Below are positions 19,477 through 28,163 of a stretch of 64,000 nt of DNA, piece after piece; the first letter of the stretch is position 1; each line of letters starts with the position of its first letter. The notes below the pieces were generated by a model, which worked only from the letters and a program-made list of their open reading frames with translations, was not told the DNA's origin and searched no databases. The translations under genes were made by a program, and so were the position numbers. Origin of the DNA: Robiginitomaculum sp. (GTDB lineage Bacteria; Pseudomonadota; Alphaproteobacteria; Caulobacterales; Maricaulaceae); contig JAESTZ010000063.1 in the NCBI GenBank assembly GCA_016763315.1, positions 2,539-66,538 on the forward strand, in the 5' to 3' direction.

Positions 19477-20276
19477 AAGAGTTTTATAATTTTGCACACC
19501 GACTAGCCAATGCAGCTCAAAAGCCAGCCTTGAAATATTTTCGGCAGCGAGTGGAGGTGCAAAATAAACTTGGGCGTGGTGAATTTGATCCGGTAACATT
19601 AGCTGATCGGCAAGCAGAGCAAGTAATCCGGACGCTGATTGAAAGTCAATACCCCGATCATAATATACGCGGTGAAGAGTTTGGCGAAAAACAAACCGGA
19701 TCCGAATGGAAATGGATAATAGATCCGATAGACGGCACTAGAGCCTATATTAGCGGCCTGCCTGTTTGGGGGGTGCTGATTGGGCTGTATCGTTCAGGAC
19801 AACCGGTTTTGGGTATTATGGATCAACCGTTTACCGGCGAGCGTTTTACTGGCTCCGCTAAGGGCTCATTTTTGTATCAACACGGTAACAGAACTAAGGT
19901 CTCTACCCGCCCTTGTTCAAACCTAGAAGAAGCCACTATTTCCACCACAGATCCATATCTGTTTAATAATCAAGAACGAATTGCTTTCGAGAAAATTCGA
20001 GAGGTCTCACGCTTGCAAAGATATGGTCTTGATTGTTACGCCTATAGCATGTTGGCTATGGGCGGAATTGATCTGGTAATAGAAAGCGTCCTGCAAGATT
20101 ATGATATTGCCGCTTTAATACCAATAGTTGAGGCAGCTGGCGGAACAATTAGTAATTGGAGCGGAGGCTCACCGGCAAATGGTGGACAAATTCTTGCCAG
20201 CGGCGATTCGCAATTACACAAAAGTGCACTTGAAATGCTGCGGCCTATGGCTAAAGATCCATCAAACACCGATTAA
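19473..20276 (+). CDS. hisN: Inositol monophosphatase family protein, probable histidinol-phosphatase
   Basis: IMPase motifs GEE...WIIDPIDGTRAY and WD..A. The size and sequence type fit the alphaproteobacterial HisN subgroup. Confidence 0.7.
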   Translation: MEEFYNFAHRLANAAQKPALKYFRQRVEVQNKLGRGEFDPVTLADRQAEQVIRTLIESQYPDHNIRGEEFGEKQTGSEWKWIIDPIDGTRAYISGLPVWGVLIGLYRSGQPVLGIMDQPFTGERFTGSAKGSFLYQHGNRTKVSTRPCSNLEEATISTTDPYLFNNQERIAFEKIREVSRLQRYGLDCYAYSMLAMGGIDLVIESVLQDYDIAALIPIVEAAGGTISNWSGGSPANGGQILASGDSQLHKSALEMLRPMAKDPSNTD

Positions 20277-21194
20277 CTTAAATGTTTTTGCCATAAATTT
20301 GTCGCGAATTTCATCTCGTTCCTGAAGAATTTCATGTAAGCTGTCTTGGTAAATTTCAAACTCCGCATTTGGGATTTCTTGGCATGCTTGCCGGATGGCA
20401 GAGTTACTAACCAATGCCTCACGTTCGGCGCAACCAAAATACACAGGTGTATCAATTTTATTAAAGCCATCTTTTTTTGTGAAGGACTTAAATAACAGCA
20501 AACTTGCCTTTAACCAGCCAATGGTAGGCCCGCCCAATTGTAACTTCGGCTGTTGCTTACAGCGCCGCAAATCACGATCAAACCGAACAGGGTCAGAGGT
20601 CAATACTTTTGCTGCTTCTGGATCCAAAGCGCCACCACCGGAAACCCCTGGAGGTTGAAGTCTTTTCAAACCGATAGCAGAAAAAACAGCAACTAATGCC
20701 CGCATGGCAAAACTGTCTTCGGCAAAACCCAGCATCGGAGCCGAAGCGATAAGTTTTTCAAATTTTAGTTTTTTGCGCCGCAACACATCAATAGCAATCG
20801 CTCCGCCCATTGAGTGCGACATTAAAAAGCGTGGAGTGGGCATTCGCTCTTCTATCAAAGGCCAAAGAGTTTCCATATCCATGGCAAAATCGGAAAAACT
20901 AGCAACATAACCAAGCAAAGGGTCAGTTAACAACCGGTCGGACAAGCCTTGTCCGCGATGATCAATCACCGCCACAGTTAGCCCTTTGGCGTTCATTTGC
21001 CGGATAAATTCAAAATACTTCTCAATATATTCGGTTCGACCGGGCGAAAATAATATTGAGCCTTTGGAGGTTCCATCGGGGGGGCAAATGGCCGCGCGTA
21101 AACGCAATCCATCAGCAGATTTGAACCAAAAAGCTTTTATCCTCTTAGGGGCTGGGTCATCATCAAGTTCAATTATTGGCGCCGGATCAAGCAT
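20262..21194 (-). CDS. Alpha/beta hydrolase (lysophospholipase-like)
   Basis: Nucleophile elbow SHSMGG and an HG-type oxyanion region. Its 3' end overlaps hisN convergently by 15 nt. Confidence 0.8.
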   Translation of the reverse strand: MLDPAPIIELDDDPAPKRIKAFWFKSADGLRLRAAICPPDGTSKGSILFSPGRTEYIEKYFEFIRQMNAKGLTVAVIDHRGQGLSDRLLTDPLLGYVASFSDFAMDMETLWPLIEERMPTPRFLMSHSMGGAIAIDVLRRKKLKFEKLIASAPMLGFAEDSFAMRALVAVFSAIGLKRLQPPGVSGGGALDPEAAKVLTSDPVRFDRDLRRCKQQPKLQLGGPTIGWLKASLLLFKSFTKKDGFNKIDTPVYFGCAEREALVSNSAIRQACQEIPNAEFEIYQDSLHEILQERDEIRDKFMAKTFKLIGV

Positions 21195-21519
21195 TGGCCG
21201 CTCGCAATCTTTTAGCCAGTTCTAACGCTGCATCCATTTCACCGGAAACCTTTAAGCGGCCAGAAAAAATTGCCGCCATTGGATCAAGATCGCCTTTGAT
21301 CAATTTTTGTAATGTTTTGATTTTGGTTTTGACCATGCAGTTTGCACGTTTATCAAAGCTCTTTGCGTGCTCAAATGTTACCGGAGCAGATGTTGCGTCG
21401 GCAAACACTTTGCCATCATCACCAAAATCAAACAATACGGATTTACCGAATGGCTCGATATCTTTGGCCGCCGCCTTGGCGCGACTAATAAAGTCTTGCA
21501 TTGACGAATCCAGACTCAT
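21187..21519 (-). CDS. SCP2 sterol-binding domain protein
   Basis: 110 aa with the C-terminal block KGDLDPMAAIFSGRLKVSGEMDAALEL typical of SCP2. Confidence 0.75.
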   Translation of the reverse strand: MSLDSSMQDFISRAKAAAKDIEPFGKSVLFDFGDDGKVFADATSAPVTFEHAKSFDKRANCMVKTKIKTLQKLIKGDLDPMAAIFSGRLKVSGEMDAALELAKRLRAANA

Positions 21520-22421
21520 TCGCCGGACGCTTCTGGTGTAACGGGTTTCCTGAACCGTAATGTCATACGATCACTTTCACCAATGGCATCAAAAGCGGCG
21601 CGATCAAAATCAGGATTGGCCGCTTTTTCTTCATCAGTTCGTGGAGAGCGTTTAGACGGTGGTAACGTCCAAACACCATAGGGGTGATCGGCGTTGTCTT
21701 TCGGATTAGCATTAATTTCAGAAGCTGCCTCAAAAACAAAACCGGCTTCTGCTGCCAACGCCTTTACCATGGCTTCTTGCACATATCCGTTCCCTGCTTT
21801 GGAGCTTTGAACAGCGCTTGATGGCAAACGGTGTTCAATCACACACAACACGCCACCGGGTTTAAGGCTGGCATAAAAATCGGCAAAGGTTTTTTCCGCC
21901 ATGCCTCTTCCCATCCATGAATGAACATTGCGAAATGTTAAAACCGTATCTTGACTATTATCAGCGGCAAAACCGGCAGAATCTGCACTAAGTGGTGCTG
22001 TTGATATCTCGCCAAACAGATCTTTGTCTTCAAATTGAGCCATATATCGCTGTAACAAATTTGCCGCGCCTTCTGAAATTTCTGGGTCAATGATCACCGC
22101 GTTAAATTTTCCACCATTTGCATTGATCCAAGGCGCCAATATCTGGCTATACCAGCCACCACCAGGCCAAATTTCGGAAATGTTTGTTGCCGGATCAACG
22201 CCGCAAAACTCTAATGTTGCAGCCGGATTGCGAAAAGCATCACGGGATTTTGCCTCATCGGTTCGCCAATCACCGGACAGATTACTTTGTAGTGACTTCA
22301 TATCTGGGACAGATGCCACGGCTTCTGGTGCGGCCTTAGAACTTGCCTCTTCGGCAACTGGTTCAGAAGTACAAGCAAACAATGCCAAGCTGGCAATTAC
22401 TGGAAGACTATATTTAATCAT
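21516..22421 (-). CDS. Exported class I SAM-dependent methyltransferase-like protein
   Basis: Lipoprotein-type signal (LALFAC), then a Rossmann-like methyltransferase core (LKPGGVLCVIEH). Confidence 0.7.
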   Translation of the reverse strand: MIKYSLPVIASLALFACTSEPVAEEASSKAAPEAVASVPDMKSLQSNLSGDWRTDEAKSRDAFRNPAATLEFCGVDPATNISEIWPGGGWYSQILAPWINANGGKFNAVIIDPEISEGAANLLQRYMAQFEDKDLFGEISTAPLSADSAGFAADNSQDTVLTFRNVHSWMGRGMAEKTFADFYASLKPGGVLCVIEHRLPSSAVQSSKAGNGYVQEAMVKALAAEAGFVFEAASEINANPKDNADHPYGVWTLPPSKRSPRTDEEKAANPDFDRAAFDAIGESDRMTLRFRKPVTPEASGE

Positions 22422-22502
22422 TGAAGTAAATTCCTAAAAAAATTGACTGCCTTTGGTAATAGGTTGCGGGCGCGGTGACAAGTCTTTGAAGAAATACTTG
22501 CT

Positions 22503-22532
22503 CTTGAAATGTTACTTGTCGATACCCAGATT
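22503..22532 (+). promoter_or_regulatory. Sigma-32 (RpoH)-type promoter candidate for the Hsp20 gene
   Basis: CTTGAAA-N15-CCCAGATT compares with the heat-shock consensus CTTGAAA-N13-17-CCCCATNT. It lies about 130 nt upstream of the Hsp20 ATG. Confidence 0.45.
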
Positions 22533-22660
22533 ATTATCACAGGAACGCTGATTGTTCAGGTTTCTGTTTTGCTTCGCGATCTTTTGATGCGTTGCATCCG
22601 GCAAACAAACAGGGCCGGAATTATAAACTCTGTTAAATTGTTGCTCAACAGGAGAACAAG
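22533..22660 (+). promoter_or_regulatory. Candidate ROSE-like RNA thermometer in the 5' UTR
   Basis: UUGCU (22641-22645) lies just 5' of the SD AGGAG (22650-22654). Alternatively, CUCUGUU (22628-22634) pairs with AACAG(G)AG (22647-22654), leaving one bulged G in the SD. Confidence 0.35.
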
Positions 22661-23131
22661 ATGCAAAATTTTGATTTTAGTCCACTATATCGCACACTCG
22701 TCGGTTTTGACCGGGTTGCAGAAATGATAGATCAGGCCGCACGCGCCGAACCATCATCACAAGGGTATCCACCATATAATATCGAACAACTTGATGAAAA
22801 CACTTACCAAATTGAACTGGCTGTTGCCGGGTTTGATGAGGACGATCTAAACATTGAAGTTCGCGAAGGTGTTTTAATGGTTTCAGGTGGCAAACAACAA
22901 CAAGACGATAGTCGAGAGTTTTTGCACCGAGGTATTGCGACAAGAGCTTTCGAGCGACGTTTCCAATTGGCGGATTACGTACAAGTAACCGGTGCCAATA
23001 TGAAAAACGGAATGTTGCTGATCGAGCTGAACCGTGAATTGCCAGAAGCAATGAAACCGCGAACAATCGAGATAGGTCGATCAAAGCCTACTAAATTGCG
23101 GCGATTATCAACGAAAACTAAAGCTAACTAG
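22661..23131 (+). CDS. ibpA: Small heat-shock protein, Hsp20/IbpA family
   Basis: FDFSPLYR...GFDR, YPPYNIE and ...Y.IELAVAGF match the IbpA-type alpha-crystallin domain. Confidence 0.9.
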   Translation: MQNFDFSPLYRTLVGFDRVAEMIDQAARAEPSSQGYPPYNIEQLDENTYQIELAVAGFDEDDLNIEVREGVLMVSGGKQQQDDSREFLHRGIATRAFERRFQLADYVQVTGANMKNGMLLIELNRELPEAMKPRTIEIGRSKPTKLRRLSTKTKAN

Positions 23132-23190
23132 AGCATTTCCAGTAAAAGTGGGAACCGGTTTTACGGTAAGGAAATGCGACAGAACAAAAG
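23127..23190 (-). repeat. Copy of the dispersed hairpin repeat (inverted orientation), nested in an 8-bp outer stem GCATTTCC/GGAAATGC
   Basis: The reverse complement reads CTTACC-GTAAAA-CCGGTTCCCAC-TTTTAC. Positions 23127-23146 are identical to the reverse complement of 61745-61764. Confidence 0.7.
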
Positions 23191-23215
23191 TTAAACCCTA
23201 ATTATTCCCCCTACT

Positions 23216-23249
23216 AAAGGCGGTTGCGGTTCTCGTGACCGCCTTTTTT
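23216..23249. terminator. Terminator hairpin between convergent ibpA and the Hpt gene
   Basis: AAA-GGCGGT-13 nt-ACCGCC-TTTTTT. The A-run before and T-run after suggest it can act in both directions. Confidence 0.6.
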
Positions 23250-23673
23250 ATGGCAGACCCAGCTCATTACAAAGCTTGGCGCCAGCATCGCCGCCGTCAC
23301 CGGTAAGCTTTTGGCTCAGTACTGTATGTATTGCCGCCGATAATCGAACGACTTGCGTCGCATCATCTCGTGATGGATTGTTTTGTGGTCTTGATATTAT
23401 ACATAATGCTTCGCCAAATTTTGTTACCAAATCATAGCCAAAGGTTTGACCTTGCCCTTTAAAGTCGTGCGCCAAGCCAAAGACTTTTTCGGTAGCAATT
23501 GCCCAAGCTTCATCTGATTCTGGCTGTAAAACAGTTTTTGCAAAATCCAATAAGCGTGTCGCATCCTTACAGGCATCTTTGGCGTATTCCTCGCCCATCT
23601 CCGCCAATGCTGCCGCAGCTATATCGGCCATATCAGCCAATTCGTCCGGCAATTCAAAATCATCATCAAACAT
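23248..23673 (-). CDS. Stand-alone histidine phosphotransfer (Hpt) domain protein
   Basis: 141 aa, helical, with the Hpt signature AHDFKGQGQTFG (H-x-x-K-G). Confidence 0.6.
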   Translation of the reverse strand: MFDDDFELPDELADMADIAAAALAEMGEEYAKDACKDATRLLDFAKTVLQPESDEAWAIATEKVFGLAHDFKGQGQTFGYDLVTKFGEALCIISRPQNNPSRDDATQVVRLSAAIHTVLSQKLTGDGGDAGAKLCNELGLP

Positions 23674-23774
23674 AGTAGCGCCTCAATTGTTCGGGCAGTA
23701 ATTTGCCTATTTTATGCTGGTAAGTTTAATAAGTTCTGAATGAAAGCCTTTTGTTTGCAGTTAGTAAAACCGTA

Positions 23775-24497
23775 TTATTTGATTTCTGGAAGGGTTTTTG
23801 CCCGATCCTGATCAAGATATTTTACTGCTATTGGTTTTTGATCTGCTCCAAGCTCAATCAATAACGGGTTACCGGTAGGGATTTCAATTTCAACTATTTT
23901 CTCATCAGCGACGACAAATAAGTATTTGATCAAAGCCCGTAATGAGTTTCCATGTGCTGATATAAGAATATTTTGTCCGCTTGCCAGCTTTGGCTCTATC
24001 TGACCCTGATAATACGGCAAAACCCGCTCTAAGGTAGTTTTTAATGATTCAGTATTTGGCAGCACATCACGACCCAACCCCGCATAACGGCGATCTCGAC
24101 ACGGGTTTAGCGGATCATCCCAATTCATTTCAGGCGGCGGAATATCATATGACCGGCGCCAGATATGGACTTGCTCCTTGCCATGCTTTTTCATGGTCTC
24201 GGCTTTATCTAGGCCGGTTAAGCCACCATAATGGCGCTCATTAAGCCGGTAATCTTTGGTAATGGGCAGCCATGTACGTTCCATCTCGCTTAAGGCAAAC
24301 CAAAGAGTGCGAATAGCTCTGGTTTGCATCGAGGTGTATGCCTGATCAAATTCAATGTTACAGGCTGCCAGTAATTCACCGGACTTTTTTGCTTCGGCCT
24401 CGCCTTTGGGTGTTAGGTCAACATCAACCCAGCCAGTAAAGCGATTGGCCAAATTCCATTCACTTTGACCGTGACGAAGAAGAACAAGTGCTGACAT
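23775..24497 (-). CDS. gpmA: 2,3-bisphosphoglycerate-dependent phosphoglycerate mutase
   Basis: [12 protein letters not shown], the ERHYG motif ([10 protein letters not shown] in this sequence) and [11 protein letters not shown] chose the ATG at 24497 over the TTG at 24500. Confidence 0.92.
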   Translation of the reverse strand: MSALVLLRHGQSEWNLANRFTGWVDVDLTPKGEAEAKKSGELLAACNIEFDQAYTSMQTRAIRTLWFALSEMERTWLPITKDYRLNERHYGGLTGLDKAETMKKHGKEQVHIWRRSYDIPPPEMNWDDPLNPCRDRRYAGLGRDVLPNTESLKTTLERVLPYYQGQIEPKLASGQNILISAHGNSLRALIKYLFVVADEKIVEIEIPTGNPLLIELGADQKPIAVKYLDQDRAKTLPEIK

Positions 24498-24573
24498 CAA
24501 ATTTTCCTATAAATACTATGTAATACTAAAAACATCTAATTAAGCGGTGTTTAGTATATTTGTTTTTGTGATT

Positions 24574-24766
24574 TATCAACTTATCCAAAAACACTTTTTA
24601 AGTGGTCGTATTTACCAGAAGCATCCGGTGAAAAAGTGTATGCGGTTTTTCATTTAACAGATGCGACAATTAAAAACTTCCACAAAACCGGTAACCACTT
24701 TTTGGGTCGATACGTTTTAGTATCCATCAACTTATCCAAAAACCGGTAACCACTTTTTGGGTCGAT
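24574..24766. repeat. Cluster of four copies of the dispersed hairpin repeat (three direct, one inverted)
   Basis: Copies lie at 24574-24610, 24628-24653 (inverted), 24677-24711 and 24722-24766. A 28-mer AAAACCGGTAACCACTTTTTGGGTCGAT is exactly duplicated at 24684-24711 and 24739-24766. Confidence 0.85.
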
Positions 24767-24857
24767 GGAATAAAGAATCGGATAATTAGTAATTTCAAGC
24801 TTGCGTCTGGCACTGTCAATCGGCAAAACAAGTGCAAAATTAGAAAGTACAACTATC

Positions 24858-26375
24858 ATGATCCTGCCAAAATCGGAATTACAACCCAACACACTAGAGT
24901 TTGAGACGGAAGCTTTGGTCAAACCAACAGGCTTTCGTGAATATGATGCCAGATGGTGGTTCGGCCGATCCGACTCCGAACGCCCACCGGAAATTAACCT
25001 CTTGGGCATTCAGGCTCTTGGGTTAGGGCTTGGTACTTTAATCCATGAATTGGGAAAACCGCCAAAAATAGCGGTTGGTCATGATTATCGTTCATACTCA
25101 ACTTCCATCAAGCAGGCGCTAATAGTTGGGCTGATGAGTGCCGGTATAGAGGTACATGATATTGGTTTGGCTTTATCTCCGACCGCCTATTTTGCCCAGT
25201 TTGATCTTGATCTGGAGTGCGTAGCTATGGTTACCGCCAGTCATAATGAAAACGGCTGGACCGGTGTTAAAATGGGTGTCGAGAAACCGTTGACCTTTGG
25301 CCCTGAAGAAATGGGACGGCTTAAAGACATTGTGCTGGACGGCAAGGGTATAATTAGAGCTGGCGGAACTTATGTACTCGAAGAAGGCGTTCGCCAACGC
25401 TACATGGATGACCTATCAAAAGGCACTAAAATTAAACGCCGGCTAAAAGTTGTGGTGGCTTGTGGTAATGGAACCGCAGCAGCGTTTGCAGAAGAAGCCT
25501 TACAGGGTGTTGGCGTAGAGGTGATACCGATGGATTGTACACTTGATCACACATTTCCCAAATATAACCCCAATCCTGAAGACATGAAAATGCTGCATGC
25601 AATGGCTGACATGGTTAAACAAACCAGCGCTGATTTAGCTCTTGGCTTTGATGGCGATGGTGACCGATGCGGAGTTGTTGATAATACCGGCGAGGAAATA
25701 TTCGCCGATAAAGTGGGCGTTATGCTGGCTCGTGACCTATCGGAGCAGTTCGAAAACGCAGTATTTGTTGCTGATGTAAAATCCACAGGAATTTATGCTG
25801 ATGATCCGGTATTAAAAGCCAATGGCGCACGAACTGATTATTGGAAAACCGGACATTCTTATATTAAGCGTCGAACTTCAGAACTAGGTGCTATCGCCGG
25901 CTTTGAAAAATCTGGACACTATTTCTTTCGTCCGCCAATAGGTCGTGGATATGATGATGGGTTGGTAACGGCCATTGCTATTTTATCGATGCTTGATCGT
26001 AACTCTGATAAATCTATGGCCGATTTAAAAAACGCTTTACCGAAAACATGGCTGTCACCATCTATGTCGCCTGCTTGTGCCGACGAGGAAAAATATCAGG
26101 TAGTAGAGAAAATAATTGCTGAAATTGAAACAAAATTTGCTAGTGACGTTTTGGTTCTAGGGCAAAAAATTGTCTCAGTAGTCACAGTAAACGGAGTTAG
26201 GTTCACTCTTGAAGATGGTACTTGGGGGCTGATAAGGGCTTCGTCAAACACACCTAACTTGGTGGTGGTGGTTGAAAGCCCGGCCAGCCATGAAAACATG
26301 GTAGCAATGTTTCGTTTTATTGAAGAAACATTATCTGCTCACCCTCAGGTCGGGGCTTTTGATCAAAAAATATAA
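24858..26375 (+). CDS. Phosphomannomutase/phosphoglucomutase
   Basis: Active-site TASHNENGWTGVK, the metal loop GFDGDGDRCG and the N-terminus ...KPTGFREYDARWWF. The ATG at 24858 is preferred over the upstream TTG at 24801. Confidence 0.9.
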   Translation: MILPKSELQPNTLEFETEALVKPTGFREYDARWWFGRSDSERPPEINLLGIQALGLGLGTLIHELGKPPKIAVGHDYRSYSTSIKQALIVGLMSAGIEVHDIGLALSPTAYFAQFDLDLECVAMVTASHNENGWTGVKMGVEKPLTFGPEEMGRLKDIVLDGKGIIRAGGTYVLEEGVRQRYMDDLSKGTKIKRRLKVVVACGNGTAAAFAEEALQGVGVEVIPMDCTLDHTFPKYNPNPEDMKMLHAMADMVKQTSADLALGFDGDGDRCGVVDNTGEEIFADKVGVMLARDLSEQFENAVFVADVKSTGIYADDPVLKANGARTDYWKTGHSYIKRRTSELGAIAGFEKSGHYFFRPPIGRGYDDGLVTAIAILSMLDRNSDKSMADLKNALPKTWLSPSMSPACADEEKYQVVEKIIAEIETKFASDVLVLGQKIVSVVTVNGVRFTLEDGTWGLIRASSNTPNLVVVVESPASHENMVAMFRFIEETLSAHPQVGAFDQKI

Positions 26376-26620
26376 TAAAAATTTCAGTGTTTGTTAGTCA
26401 AAAAACAATATATATCGCCAAACACCGAAAACTGTGTTACAGTTTAGTTGTTAGCAGTGAGATAAGTTTGGTAATATTTGTTTTTGCACTAACGACGGAA
26501 AATTTGCAGTGTAGCGTTATAGATAAAACGCCTTCACTGAGTGGGGTCAGTTATTAATAATAAATAAGTTGCTTAGACGTGTCGGTTTTAGGTGCTTGGT
26601 TTGATCGATGGAGACCGAAC

Positions 26621-28159
26621 ATGGTTGATCTTGACGCTTATATTGCTGCTCATAAATTTGGCCTTGGAGCCAGATTTGACGAAACCATAAACATTGGCGC
26701 TAGCCCTCAAGCATGGCTACAGGCGCAACTGACCGATGTGTCATCAACGCTGGAAGAATATAACTTACCCTCATCACAAGCTGGTATTGAGCTGTTTTAT
26801 CATTATCTAGAGACCCAGCGAGCAGAGAACGCTGCCGATCAGCCGATTGCTGCGGCTTCGGTTAATGTTAAACAGCAAATGGGCGGCTTTTTCCAAAGTT
26901 ATGAGCGTATGACCGCCGAGCAAGTGCTCTATGAGGATCTCGGTGTGCGCGGAAGCAACATTGCAAATGCGACAAATGTTTACCTTAAAAAATCTCAAAA
27001 CAATATTTCCCTTCCGGCAAGTAATAAAACCTCACAGGAATTAGCAGAAGATATCTTTGCTATGTATTATGCAGAGATCGGGGTGCGAACTGTTCATGCG
27101 ATATTAACTCCAGCATCTTTTCGTGAAGCATTGGTCCGGTTCTGGAGCGATCATTTTAGTGTTTATTCACAAAAATCATTGCAGTTGCTGGTAACAGCCG
27201 GAGCGATGGAAAGAGAAGCCATAAGGCCAAATGTTACCGGAAAATTCGTTGATCTGTTGATCGCGGCAGAAACTCATCCGGCTATGTTAATGTATTTAGA
27301 CAACTGGATTTCAATAGGCCCCAATTCCTATGCCGGTCAAAATTTCGGTTATGGTTTAAACGAAAACCTTGCAAGAGAAATAATGGAATTGCACACTTTG
27401 GGGGTAAATGGCGGTTATGAACAAGAGGACATTGTCAGTTTTGCCAAAGCAATCACCGGCTGGACCATTGGCAACCCGAATATACAGCCAGAACAATTAG
27501 GTAATTTTATTTTTGAGCCATTATTTCATGAACCCGGCTCAGTAAATGTTATGAACAAAGAGTATCTTGGAACCGGTCAGGATCAAGGCCTTGAGATTCT
27601 AGCCGACTTTGCCTCCAATGCCGCCACCGCCGGTTTTATTGCCGGTAAGCTGGCTCGGCACTTTCATTCAGATAACCCGCCACAAAGCCTGATTGATCGC
27701 CTTGAATTGGCATTTATATCATCTGGCGGTGATCTGGGTGTAGTTAGTGCAACCTTGGTTACTTCTCCCGAAATGTGGGACGGAACTTTTGCCAAACTGC
27801 GTAATTCAGAGGAATTTGTCATTGCGACCTTGCGGGCTTTCGGTGTTGACACACTGACACCCGGTCAACTGGTTTTCGTTTTTGATGCCGTGGGGCAGGT
27901 TCCTTTTGGTTATCACGCGCCAGATGGCTGGCCAAAAGAAGAGTCCAGTTGGGCTAGCTCTTCAATCAGTTCGGCGAAAATCAATTATTCGGAGTTATTA
28001 GCTAGCTTTGTTGCTGGGCAGCCGGAGCCATCAACAATGGCCACAAATATTCTTGGGTCGATGCTTTCAGCTTCTAGCGCGGACGGCATATCAAATGCCG
28101 TAAATGTAGAACAGGGATACACATTAATGATGATGTCCCCAGAGTTTCAAAGGAGGTAG
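26621..28159 (+). CDS. DUF1800 family protein
   Basis: Blocks such as WSDHF, NENLAREIMELHTLGV and the pairing with a downstream DUF1501 gene support the call. GGAGA lies 6 nt before the ATG at 26621; the ORF track GTG at 26579 has no SD. Confidence 0.75.
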   Translation: MVDLDAYIAAHKFGLGARFDETINIGASPQAWLQAQLTDVSSTLEEYNLPSSQAGIELFYHYLETQRAENAADQPIAAASVNVKQQMGGFFQSYERMTAEQVLYEDLGVRGSNIANATNVYLKKSQNNISLPASNKTSQELAEDIFAMYYAEIGVRTVHAILTPASFREALVRFWSDHFSVYSQKSLQLLVTAGAMEREAIRPNVTGKFVDLLIAAETHPAMLMYLDNWISIGPNSYAGQNFGYGLNENLAREIMELHTLGVNGGYEQEDIVSFAKAITGWTIGNPNIQPEQLGNFIFEPLFHEPGSVNVMNKEYLGTGQDQGLEILADFASNAATAGFIAGKLARHFHSDNPPQSLIDRLELAFISSGGDLGVVSATLVTSPEMWDGTFAKLRNSEEFVIATLRAFGVDTLTPGQLVFVFDAVGQVPFGYHAPDGWPKEESSWASSSISSAKINYSELLASFVAGQPEPSTMATNILGSMLSASSADGISNAVNVEQGYTLMMMSPEFQRR

Positions 28160-28163
28160 GTAG

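Noticed and set aside
24581-24740. DnaA-box-like TTATCCAAA (two copies) as evidence of a replication origin
   Set aside because: Only two 8/9 matches occur, and both are embedded in copies of the dispersed repeat. There is no AT-rich unwinding region or cluster of perfect boxes, and the locus (gpmA/phosphomannomutase) is not a typical alphaproteobacterial origin context.
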